NCBI GenBank assembly: GCA_041395025.1
Contig: JAWLBH010000001.1
Span: 720,001-752,000 of the forward strand
Reading direction: 5' to 3'
Length of the DNA: 32,000 bases
Origin: Chlamydiales bacterium
GTDB lineage: Bacteria; Chlamydiota; Chlamydiia; Chlamydiales; JAAKFR01
Part shown: positions 7,371 to 16,682 of the stretch, one piece after another
Layout of the letters: each line of letters begins with the position of its first letter
Numbering within the stretch: the first letter of the stretch is position 1
Notes under the pieces: generated by a model
Told to the model about the DNA's origin: nothing
What the model saw: only the letters and a program-made list of their open reading frames with translations
Database searches by the model: none
Translations under genes and position numbers: made by a program

Positions 7371-9274
7371 TAGTCTATTTTTAACGCAACAATAATTACC
7401 TCTTCTTGTAAAGTAGCCCCAATAAATGTTTGCAATTCAGCTGTCAATCCATCAACAACTTCTTGAGCAGTCTGCCAATTCCTTTGCTGGAGACAATTTT
7501 TTAAACGTTTTTCCGAAAATGATTGATAGTGACTATTTACAGATTCTATTAAACCTTTAGTATAGAAAATGACAATATCGCCTGATTCTAGTTGTACAGC
7601 ATCGGTCTCGTATCCTTGAGACTCTCTTAAACCTAAAGCCATACCAGAATGTTCTAAAGTCAAAAGATGTCCATTCGCACGACGAATAATTGGAGGAACA
7701 TGGCCACAGGAGTAGTAAGAGAGAATTTTTGAATTTGTATGATATAGAGCAGCTAACATTGTCACAAACATCCCTGTATCTCCTGTCCCTTTAATGAAGG
7801 CATTGTTTGTCCGACTCAAAGCTTCTCCTGGATCATCAACAAGAGTCGCATAGGTTAACAAAAGACTTCTTGCTGAAAGAGAATAGAGGCAAGGAGAAAT
7901 TCCTTTACCAGCAGCATCTGCAACTGTGATCATGATGGTCTCTTCATTCTTTTTAATCAGAGGCATATAACTATACAAATCTCCACCAACTTCTAATACA
8001 GAAAGGTAGGTTCCTGTGACCTCACCACCTTGAATTTTAGGAAGAGATGAGGGAAGCAAACTTCTTTGTACTTTAAGTCCAATCGCGAGTTCTCTTTTAT
8101 ACATTTCCTTTCTTACACGTTCATTTTCCACCTCCTGAATATTCTCCAGTAAATTGACAAGAGTATTGTTAAAAATCCCTCCTAGAATATTGATTTCAAA
8201 TCCCAGAGGTGTTTTTTCAAAACGCAAATTGAGATTTCCTCGGCTCACCTCTTCCATTAAATAGAAGAGCTGACGCAAAGGTCTGGAAATCCATAAAGAG
8301 AGCCAATAGGCCACTCCTCCTCCAATCACTAAAATCATCCCATAAAGAGAGTAAATAAAAAGAAAATCGCGCATAGCTTTTCCAAAAATTTCCTCTTTTG
8401 AAGAGTATGCAATCACAGAGATTCCTAAATCAGAAAGATAGGCTCTATATGCAATTTGAATCTGATCATTAAAAATAAACTCAAAAAAAGGAGGATCTTT
8501 TGTTTCAAGCAGGGAAATAGGGGTTTGAGGAAGGGAGATCATCCCCATTTGTTTCGAAGCAATCACCTCTCGTTGTCTTTCTAAAGAGATAAGATCAAAA
8601 TAATTGCCTATTAACGATCGATCTGTAGCAGCAAATACAATACCATCAGAACTGAGAATAGCAAACTGGGTCTGAGTGTTTTTTCTTTGCATATTCATCA
8701 CTGATTCTAACTGTTTCTTTATCTCCGTTGTGACTAAAATGATCCCCACGGGTTCCCCTGTTTTTGAATGAACCACTCTAGCAGTGAATATATAGGGGGT
8801 AGAATCTCCTGTCTGATCTGAATATATCAATCGAATAAATGCTCCTTCTCCTAGTTTGAGAATATGAGCAAGTTTAAGGTAACTAGTCACTGTTTGGTCA
8901 GTAAAATTTTGCATACTTGAAGCGATGAGTTTATATTGATCTTCTTTTCCGACATCAAGTAACAAAATTTCGAAGTTTCTCCTCAAATCTACAAGCTCTG
9001 AAAATTGACGGCTGAGTTTTTCTTGGTCAAGATTTTCTAGATTTTCTAGATCAAAAAAGTATGTAATCTCTCGTAAAAATACTTGCTGAACAGGTTCTAT
9101 TTCCTTAAGATTAAAATTAAGAAAATTGGCTGACTCTCTCAATTCGAGTTGTGCATCTGCAATTTCGTGATAATATGAATCTTGAAAAAAAATAAAAGAA
9201 TCTATGAGAAGAGGAAGGGCCAATATAAAAAAACTGATAACAAGAACACGCAGTGTAAAAGATTGCTTAATCAC
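7370..9274 (-). CDS. RsbU-like membrane sensor protein (TM - extracytoplasmic domain - TM - HAMP - PP2C/SpoIIE domain) with degenerate phosphatase metal-binding residues; probable pseudophosphatase paralog
   Basis: 634 aa. N-terminal TM segment (LRVLVISFFILALPLLIDSFIFF), second TM (LYGMILVIGGGVAYWLSLWI), and a HAMP-like segment (RPLRQLFYLMEEVSRGNLNLRFEKTPLGFEINILGGIFNN). The PP2C motifs GGDLYS and ADAAGKG are present. The TDG motif is TKG (nt 7553-7561, Lys at 7556-7558), and the C-terminal HDD is QEE (nt 7400-7408). Confidence 0.8.
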   Translation of the reverse strand: MIKQSFTLRVLVISFFILALPLLIDSFIFFQDSYYHEIADAQLELRESANFLNFNLKEIEPVQQVFLREITYFFDLENLENLDQEKLSRQFSELVDLRRNFEILLLDVGKEDQYKLIASSMQNFTDQTVTSYLKLAHILKLGEGAFIRLIYSDQTGDSTPYIFTARVVHSKTGEPVGIILVTTEIKKQLESVMNMQRKNTQTQFAILSSDGIVFAATDRSLIGNYFDLISLERQREVIASKQMGMISLPQTPISLLETKDPPFFEFIFNDQIQIAYRAYLSDLGISVIAYSSKEEIFGKAMRDFLFIYSLYGMILVIGGGVAYWLSLWISRPLRQLFYLMEEVSRGNLNLRFEKTPLGFEINILGGIFNNTLVNLLENIQEVENERVRKEMYKRELAIGLKVQRSLLPSSLPKIQGGEVTGTYLSVLEVGGDLYSYMPLIKKNEETIMITVADAAGKGISPCLYSLSARSLLLTYATLVDDPGEALSRTNNAFIKGTGDTGMFVTMLAALYHTNSKILSYYSCGHVPPIIRRANGHLLTLEHSGMALGLRESQGYETDAVQLESGDIVIFYTKGLIESVNSHYQSFSEKRLKNCLQQRNWQTAQEVVDGLTAELQTFIGATLQEEVIIVALKID

Positions 9275-9277
9275 GGA

Positions 9278-11200
9278 TTATATTATCTTCATTATAAGTA
9301 AGGTAATGTCATCATGTTGAGGGGTTTTCCCAGAAAAATTCTCAATGTCTTTTACAACACATTCTACTAAATCTGTTGACCCTCTCCACCCTTCATTCTT
9401 TATAAGATGCATGAGTCTTTTTTCACCATATAGCTCATCATGTTCATTATGAGCTTCAGTAATCCCATCAGTATAAAAAATGATGCTATCTCCTTTTTCC
9501 AATTTTATAGAGGCAGCATGTTGATCTTGGGTGGGAACGACTCCCATTGCAACTCCCTGGTGGTGCAATTCCTCTACTTCTCCCCTTTCTTTTCGAAGAA
9601 TGGCAGGATTATGTCCGGCAGAAAAATAATGAAATATGCCTGTTGTATGATTATAGACTCCCATCAACACTGTGATAAACATGCCTGATTCTTCCGTATC
9701 GATCCTAATCAAATTATTTGTTGCTGACATAGCCATTCCAATATCATCATATTCCTGTGCATATGTTCGAAGTATATGACGTAAACTCAAAGAATAAAAA
9801 CACGCCTGGACTCCTTTCCCAGAAGCATCAGCTACCCCAAGAATCAGCTGATCCCCCTGCTCACCTGGTTTAAGAAATACATCGTAGAAATCTCCACCTA
9901 CTTCAATCGCAGGAATATATTTTACAGCGATATCCACACCATAATAGCTTGGCATTTTTTGAGGTAACAAGCTCAGCTGTGCTTGTTGACCTAACCAAAG
10001 CTCATGTGCATAGGTTTCTTTTTTTACACGCTCTTTCTCTGCCACTTTTTTCTGATCAATCACTGCATCTATCATCTTATTAAAGATATCTCCTAAAATA
10101 TTAATTTCAAAACCTAGAGGATCTTTCTCATAACGTAGTTTTAAATCTCCTTCTTGGATCTTTTGCATGACTAGGCTTAATTTTTGAATCGGCTTTGCCA
10201 TACGCATAGTGATTAGATAAGTCATTAACCCTCCAATCAGAAAAATTAAGATATACATACTATAAGTATTGAGAAAATCAGTGATAGGTGAGTGAAAAAT
10301 TTCACTCTTAGCTACATAAGTAAGTAAACTGAAGTTTGCTTCAGAAAGTTGTTTAATATACCCAACTTGCTTTACCCCATTCCAATCAAATTCAAAAAAT
10401 GGATACCCCATTTTATGGTCAATAACAATTGGCTGGTCAGGGAGTAATTGTGCGGCATGTGGGTCTTCTTCAATCAATAACCGTCGATAGCCTGGTTGGA
10501 GCGGAAGAAAATAATGGAACCGCATATTGGGATCACTAGAAGCTAAGACAACAGTCGTAGGTAATAAAAGCGCAAAATTCACTTCATAGGAAAAATTTTC
10601 TCTTTCAAAAAGGTTATCTAACTTATCAGTAATATCTTCAGAAACAACCAAAATTCCTACAGGATCTCCTTCTTTAAAAGAATAGATGAGATGAGTCAAG
10701 ACAAGGTAAGGAGCTAAAGTTTCTCTATTATAGCAGATAAAACTACTAAAGTTTTTATCAAGAGCAGCAGAAGAAAAGAAATTGTTCGTATGAAAAAAAT
10801 GTTCGTAATCTTTACCCACAAGATCTGGTAGACTCGATGCTGTGACAATATAGCGATCATCTTCTCTAATTTCTAACAGAAAGACTGCAGGGAGATTTCC
10901 AATGTCTGCAATCAGTTTTAATTTTTCATTCACGACAGGATCTGGTTGTATAGGAAAATCACTCTGTAAGTTAAGAAAATAACTGATCATGTCAAGAAGA
11001 GGTTGATTGAGTGGTTGAATTTGATTAAATGGTAGCTCTTTTAAATAGGTAATCTCAGCAAGATATTCTTTCGCATCAAGAATCGTGTGTTCGTAACGTT
11101 TTTGAATCAGAATAAACGAATCAACTAAAAGAGGAAATGTCAGCAGAATAAAACTAATTCCTAGCAAGCGAAATCCAATAGATTTTCTAAATGGAATCAT
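9278..11200 (-). CDS. rsbU: RsbU-type sensor serine phosphatase (TM - extracytoplasmic domain - TM - HAMP - PP2C/SpoIIE), catalytic motifs intact
   Basis: 640 aa with the same architecture as the downstream paralog. All PP2C/SpoIIE signature motifs are present: VGGDFYDVF, GVADASGKG, FYTDGITEA and QHDDITLLIM. It sits divergent from eno, as I recall for C. trachomatis rsbU. Confidence 0.85.
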   Translation of the reverse strand: MIPFRKSIGFRLLGISFILLTFPLLVDSFILIQKRYEHTILDAKEYLAEITYLKELPFNQIQPLNQPLLDMISYFLNLQSDFPIQPDPVVNEKLKLIADIGNLPAVFLLEIREDDRYIVTASSLPDLVGKDYEHFFHTNNFFSSAALDKNFSSFICYNRETLAPYLVLTHLIYSFKEGDPVGILVVSEDITDKLDNLFERENFSYEVNFALLLPTTVVLASSDPNMRFHYFLPLQPGYRRLLIEEDPHAAQLLPDQPIVIDHKMGYPFFEFDWNGVKQVGYIKQLSEANFSLLTYVAKSEIFHSPITDFLNTYSMYILIFLIGGLMTYLITMRMAKPIQKLSLVMQKIQEGDLKLRYEKDPLGFEINILGDIFNKMIDAVIDQKKVAEKERVKKETYAHELWLGQQAQLSLLPQKMPSYYGVDIAVKYIPAIEVGGDFYDVFLKPGEQGDQLILGVADASGKGVQACFYSLSLRHILRTYAQEYDDIGMAMSATNNLIRIDTEESGMFITVLMGVYNHTTGIFHYFSAGHNPAILRKERGEVEELHHQGVAMGVVPTQDQHAASIKLEKGDSIIFYTDGITEAHNEHDELYGEKRLMHLIKNEGWRGSTDLVECVVKDIENFSGKTPQHDDITLLIMKII

Positions 11201-11545
11201 ATTTTTGATATTAAAATTAAATTGTTAAAGAAACACTCAAAAAAAAAATCGAGTCTCAAAATCCAAATAAGTTTTTAGCAATATCTTCCCTCTTCAATGA
11301 ACTGAATACCCCATTCTGAAAAAAAATTATATCACACAAATCTATCATATTGTCTAAGGTAAAATATGTGACTATTTCTTTTTAAAAAGACCTTGTCATG
11401 GACAAGAGAGAAACTAGTTAAATTTAAATCGAGAGTAAAAAGGTTTAAAATAATTTTAAAAAACTAAACTATATATTTTCTCTATAATAAATAGAATTTT
11501 TTGTATTATTAAAAATATAAATATATTCCTTAATTTGAGTGTTCG

Positions 11546-12817
11546 ATGTTTAATTCTAAAATCATAGCCATTCATGCGATTGAGATTTTAGACTCTCGAG
11601 GCATTCCCACTTTACAGGTCTCTTTAACCACTGATAGAGAGATCATGGCAACTGTATCTATTCCATCAGGAGCTTCTAAAGGAAAATACGAAGCAGTAGA
11701 AATGAGAGATACGCATCGAAAACGCTACTTTGGCAAGGGAGTCTTGAAAGCTGTAGAGCATGTCAATAAAAAGATTGCTCCTTGTTTAATTGGGAAAAAC
11801 GTCTTTGATCAAATTGCTATTGATCAACTTATGTGTACAAAGGATGGCACTAAAAACAAATCACAATTAGGAGCTAATGCGATCTTAGGCATCTCTTTAG
11901 CAATTGCAAAAGCTGCTTCTAAAAGTTTAGGCCTGCCTCTTTATCGTTATCTTGGAGGTCCGTTTGCTCATCTTTTGCCTTGTCCCATGATCAATATTAT
12001 CAATGGAGGAATGCATGCTGATAATTGTCTTGAATATCAAGAGTTTATGATTCGACCTATAGCTGCTCGAGATTTCTCTGAAGGTGTACAATGGGGTGCA
12101 GAGATTTTTCATACCCTTAAAGAAATTTTACAAGCCAAAGGCATGGCTACAGCTGTCGGTGATGAAGGAGGATTTGCCCCTCATCTCTCTTCTAATCAAG
12201 AAGCATTGAGTCTAATCATAGAAGCCATTCAGAAAGCTGGTTATATACCGGGTGAGCAAATTACACTAGCTATTGATTGTGCTGCCTCCCATTTTTATAA
12301 AAATGGAAGATACAATGGACGTTCTATCAAAGAACAAGTCGAAGAATTAATTCATTTATGTCACTGTTTTCCTATTGATTCCATTGAAGATGGGATGGCT
12401 GAAAATGATTGGAAGGGATGGAAATTACTGACAGAAAAGTTAGGGAAACAGATTCAACTTGTTGGAGATGATCTTTTTGTCACAAACACAGATTTTTTTA
12501 GAAAAGGCATACGAGAAGGTATTGCAAATGCCATTTTGATCAAAATGAATCAAATTGGCACTCTAACTGAAACAATAGAATGTATCCAACTTGCTCGATT
12601 GAATGGGTATAGAACGATTCTATCTCATCGATCTGGAGAAACAGAAGATACAACGATTAGTGATCTAGCTGTTGCTACAGCTTCAGGACAAATTAAAATT
12701 GGCTCTCTCTCTCGTGCAGAACGCACTGCAAAATATAACCGACTGATAACTATAGAAAAAGAACTCGGTAATCAATCAGTTTATAAAGATTTAAACCAAT
12801 ATCACTCAATTATCTGA
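11546..12817 (+). CDS. eno: Enolase (phosphopyruvate hydratase)
   Basis: 423 aa with characteristic enolase blocks: [62 protein letters not shown] and [18 protein letters not shown]. Confidence 0.95.
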   Translation: MFNSKIIAIHAIEILDSRGIPTLQVSLTTDREIMATVSIPSGASKGKYEAVEMRDTHRKRYFGKGVLKAVEHVNKKIAPCLIGKNVFDQIAIDQLMCTKDGTKNKSQLGANAILGISLAIAKAASKSLGLPLYRYLGGPFAHLLPCPMINIINGGMHADNCLEYQEFMIRPIAARDFSEGVQWGAEIFHTLKEILQAKGMATAVGDEGGFAPHLSSNQEALSLIIEAIQKAGYIPGEQITLAIDCAASHFYKNGRYNGRSIKEQVEELIHLCHCFPIDSIEDGMAENDWKGWKLLTEKLGKQIQLVGDDLFVTNTDFFRKGIREGIANAILIKMNQIGTLTETIECIQLARLNGYRTILSHRSGETEDTTISDLAVATASGQIKIGSLSRAERTAKYNRLITIEKELGNQSVYKDLNQYHSII

Positions 12818-12895
12818 AATATTCAGATCTTAATTAAATAAATTAATTTTTAATTATTAATACTAATTTGTTAAGATTAATATGAGGTAATTATT

Positions 12896-13279
12896 ATGCA
12901 TATCGTGACATTCTTCGGAGAAGCGGAAAAAGGAGAATTTAAAACCGCATATTTTTGCAAAAGTTTGGAGCAGCTATCTGAATGTTTAGGAGAACCTCCT
13001 TCAAAAGACTGCTTAGGCTTACAGTTTGCAATTCAAGCGATCTTATTAAACTATAGAGTTCTTTTTTTTCGTGTCAGTGAAGAAGGGTATAGTAGAAAAG
13101 ATTATGATTTTGGTTTAAATCTTCTTATCAAAAAAGAAAAACTCCCTTCGATGTCTGCTTTATGTCTTCCAGGGGTAGGCGATGCAGAAATTCTTGAACA
13201 AACAAACCCCATATGCAAAATTTATAAAAGCATCTTGATTATTACAGAAAAAGATCTCTACGATTATTTCACAAATTGA
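12896..13279 (+). CDS. Hypothetical protein (127 aa)
   Basis: ORF preceded by a good Shine-Dalgarno (GAGGTaattattATG). There are no TM segments and no signal peptide. The motif pattern FFGEAEKG...S.EQ....G...L..A......N....FFRV...DY..GL.LL......S..CLPG recalls contractile tail-sheath N-terminal regions (see findings). The family is not established. Confidence 0.6.
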   Translation: MHIVTFFGEAEKGEFKTAYFCKSLEQLSECLGEPPSKDCLGLQFAIQAILLNYRVLFFRVSEEGYSRKDYDFGLNLLIKKEKLPSMSALCLPGVGDAEILEQTNPICKIYKSILIITEKDLYDYFTN

Positions 13280-13322
13280 TAAAAATCAAAAATTTTTACT
13301 ATTAAATTGTCTTTCTTACTTT

Positions 13323-13904
13323 TTAACCTTCAAAATAACGTGTTAAACCTTCAAGAGTAGCCTTCATTGTTTTTTCTCCCTTCTTCCAATTAGCCGGACA
13401 TACTTCACCATGTTTTTCATAGAAAACGAGTGCATCAATCATACGAAGCACTTCATCTATTGAGCGACCAAGTGGAAGATCATTAACCACTTGATGACGC
13501 ACAATGCCTTCTTTATCAATTAAGAAAAGACCTCGATATGCAATGCCTTCATCTTCTTTAAGTACTCCATAATCTCGAGAAATAGATTTGTTGATATCAG
13601 ATAAGATTGGATATTGCACTCCTTCAATTCCCCCTTTACTACGGGCAGTATTTAGCCAAACCATATGAGAAAAACAACTGTCTACTGAACAGCCAATTAC
13701 TTGAGTTTTTCTATCTTTAAATTCACCTAATTTATCTTGAAACGCATGCAATTCAGTAGGACAAACAAAAGTAAAATCTAAAGGATAAAAAAATAAGACA
13801 ACATATTTTCCTCGAAAAGAAGATAGGGAAAGGTGATCTTTCATTTTTTTATCTACTACACCTTGTGCAGAAAAATTAGGAGCTTCTTTTCCAACTAAAC
13901 TCAT
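13323..13904 (-). CDS. ahpC: 2-Cys peroxiredoxin (AhpC/TSA family)
   Basis: 193 aa. The peroxidatic Cys motif is FFYPLDFTFVCPTE and the resolving Cys motif is HGEVCPANW. Typical length. Confidence 0.92.
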   Translation of the reverse strand: MSLVGKEAPNFSAQGVVDKKMKDHLSLSSFRGKYVVLFFYPLDFTFVCPTELHAFQDKLGEFKDRKTQVIGCSVDSCFSHMVWLNTARSKGGIEGVQYPILSDINKSISRDYGVLKEDEGIAYRGLFLIDKEGIVRHQVVNDLPLGRSIDEVLRMIDALVFYEKHGEVCPANWKKGEKTMKATLEGLTRYFEG

Positions 13905-13932
13905 GTGATACCTCCATCATATTGATTAGATT

Positions 13933-14006
13933 TGCACTGGAGAGGATTCGAACCTCTGACCACCCGGTTCGTAGCCGAGTACTCTATCCAACTGAGCTAC
14001 CAGTGC
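13933..14006 (-). tRNA. tRNA-Arg (anticodon ACG), CCA not encoded
   Basis: The minus strand reads GCACTGGTAGCTCAGTTGGATAGAGTACTCGGCTACGAACCGGGTGGTCAGAGGTTCGAATCCTCTCCAGTGCA. It folds as a cloverleaf with a 7-bp acceptor stem, a D arm (GCTC/GAGT), an anticodon stem (CTCGG/CCGGG) with loop CTACGAA, and a T arm (AGAGG-TTCGAAT-CCTCT). It closely resembles E. coli tRNA-Arg(ACG) as I recall it. Confidence 0.95.
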
Positions 14007-14201
14007 AGAAATGTAAGAACTATAAGGAACTCTTTTCTACTATTCAAGTCCCAATTCAACTCAAACAAATTTTTATTTATGATATAAATAAGAAAAAAAG
14101 AAGAAGGTTTTTTAAAACTCATGAAGGAGTATAAAAACTTTCTTATAAATGCTTAAGACTTTTAAACTGTCTTTTTTAATCATTTAATTTTATCAAATAG
14201 A

Positions 14202-14444
14202 TTAATCATGACAAGATCCTTGACAATCTCCTCCTGAACCACATTTTTTTTCTGTTTGGCACTTAGATTCATTCACATAAAATCCCTCTCCAATAAAACG
14301 GAGAATAGATGTCCCACCACCAATTCCACGTTGCAGTGTTTCTTGATGACAAACTGGACATTTTTTTAATAGAGGATCATTAATTTTCTGAAAAATTTCC
14401 AAAGCATGGTCACAATTTTGACATTGATAATCATAAGTTGGCAT
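14202..14444 (-). CDS. FmdB-family zinc-ribbon protein (CxxC...CxxC putative regulatory protein)
   Basis: 80 aa. It starts MPTYDYQCQNCDHALEIFQKINDPLLKKCPVCHQETLQR, the typical FmdB/TIGR02605 pattern, followed by a Gly/Cys-rich tail. An AGGAG motif sits 6 nt upstream of the ATG. Confidence 0.85.
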   Translation of the reverse strand: MPTYDYQCQNCDHALEIFQKINDPLLKKCPVCHQETLQRGIGGGTSILRFIGEGFYVNESKCQTEKKCGSGGDCQGSCHD

Positions 14445-14461
14445 ATTTTGCTCCTGTGCTT

Positions 14462-14515
14462 AGAAAAAGATAAAGAAAATTACGCTAGAGATCAAATCAT
14501 CATCTCAAGCGTAAT
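14462..14515 (-). terminator. Rho-independent terminator of the groES-groEL operon
   Basis: The hairpin starts 9 nt after the groEL stop. An 8-bp perfect outer stem (ATTACGCT 14479-14486 / AGCGTAAT 14508-14515) encloses a 5-bp inner stem (GAGAT/ATCTC) with a 9-nt loop. On the minus strand it is followed by TTTCTTTATCTTTTTCT. A T-run is also present on the plus side, so it could act in both directions. Confidence 0.7.
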
Positions 14516-14524
14516 CTTTTTATT

Positions 14525-16219
<1,695 letters not shown>

Positions 16220-16227
16220 TTAATTAA

Positions 16228-16521
16228 TTAAACCAATACGCCCAAAACATCATCTTCAGACAGAATAAGATATTCATCTTCTAAATCGGCGTTCTTAACT
16301 TCAGTTCCTGCAAATGAAGAAAAGAGGATACATTCACCGACTTTCACAGTTAAAGGTTGTAGGTTTCCTTCTTCATCTCTTTTTCCCGCTCCCACAGCAA
16401 CAACTTGGCCTTCTTTAGGTTTTTCTTGAGCTGTATCGGGTAGTAGAATTCCTCCTTTTCTCTTTGGCGCTTTCGAGCGTTTTATCAAAATACGATTGTT
16501 AAGAGGTTTAATCTTACTCAT
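16228..16521 (-). CDS. groES: Co-chaperonin GroES (97 aa); start moved to the internal ATG
   Basis: MSKIKPLNNRILIKR...GGILLPDTAQEKPKEGQVVAVG is a typical GroES. GAGGAG lies 9 nt upstream of the ATG at 16521. The 23-codon extension in the ORF track (to 16590) would overlap the predicted promoter and has no GroES counterpart. Confidence 0.93.
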   Translation of the reverse strand: MSKIKPLNNRILIKRSKAPKRKGGILLPDTAQEKPKEGQVVAVGAGKRDEEGNLQPLTVKVGECILFSSFAGTEVKNADLEDEYLILSEDDVLGVLV

Positions 16522-16567
16522 TTTTTTGATCTCCTCAATATAGATTATTGATTTATTGAAGCGAAAT

Positions 16568-16595
16568 TTTATAGAAGAGATGCAGTTCATGTCAA
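16568..16595 (-). promoter_or_regulatory. Sigma-70/sigma-66-type promoter candidate for groESL: TTGACA-N16-TATAAA
   Basis: The minus strand reads cTTGACAtgaactgcatctcttcTATAAAatttcg. The -35 is at 16590-16595 (6/6), the spacer is 16 nt, and the -10 is at 16568-16573 (5/6). The -10 lies about 47 nt upstream of the groES ATG. Confidence 0.5.
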
Positions 16596-16611
16596 GATGG
16601 AAATACTATTT

Positions 16612-16638
16612 TTAGCAGAAAAGAGTTTACAGTGCTAA
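16612..16638 (-). promoter_or_regulatory. CIRCE operator (HrcA binding site): TTAGCAGAA-N9-CAGTGCTAA
   Basis: The element is an inverted repeat with a 9-nt spacer, matching the CIRCE consensus TTAGCACTC-N9-GAGTGCTAA at 6/9 and 8/9 positions. It lies 91-117 nt upstream of the groES start. Confidence 0.75.
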
Positions 16639-16682
16639 CAAGGTAAAAAATGGGATCTAAGTGCGACTTATTAAATGAAACC

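Noticed and set aside
11392-11406. Perfect 6-3-6 palindrome CTTGTC-ATG-GACAAG in the rsbU/eno divergent intergenic region
   Set aside because: A short palindrome with an unconstrained spacer is expected by chance in about 350 bp. It matches no known operator consensus that I can name. It may be worth revisiting if conserved in related genomes.
13922-14134. 70-aa plus-strand ORF
   Set aside because: It runs antisense straight through the tRNA-Arg gene and into AT-rich intergenic DNA. The tRNA explains the open frame.
13905-14201. tRNA-Arg flank as a possible integration hotspot or island boundary
   Set aside because: There is no integrase, no direct repeat of the tRNA 3' end, and no compositional shift. 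The neighbours are housekeeping genes (ahpC, FmdB-like, groESL).
16522-16590. 23-codon N-terminal extension of groES in the ORF track
   Set aside because: GroES homologs start at MSKIKPL. A GAGGAG SD precedes the internal ATG, and the extension overlaps the predicted -35 and -10 elements.
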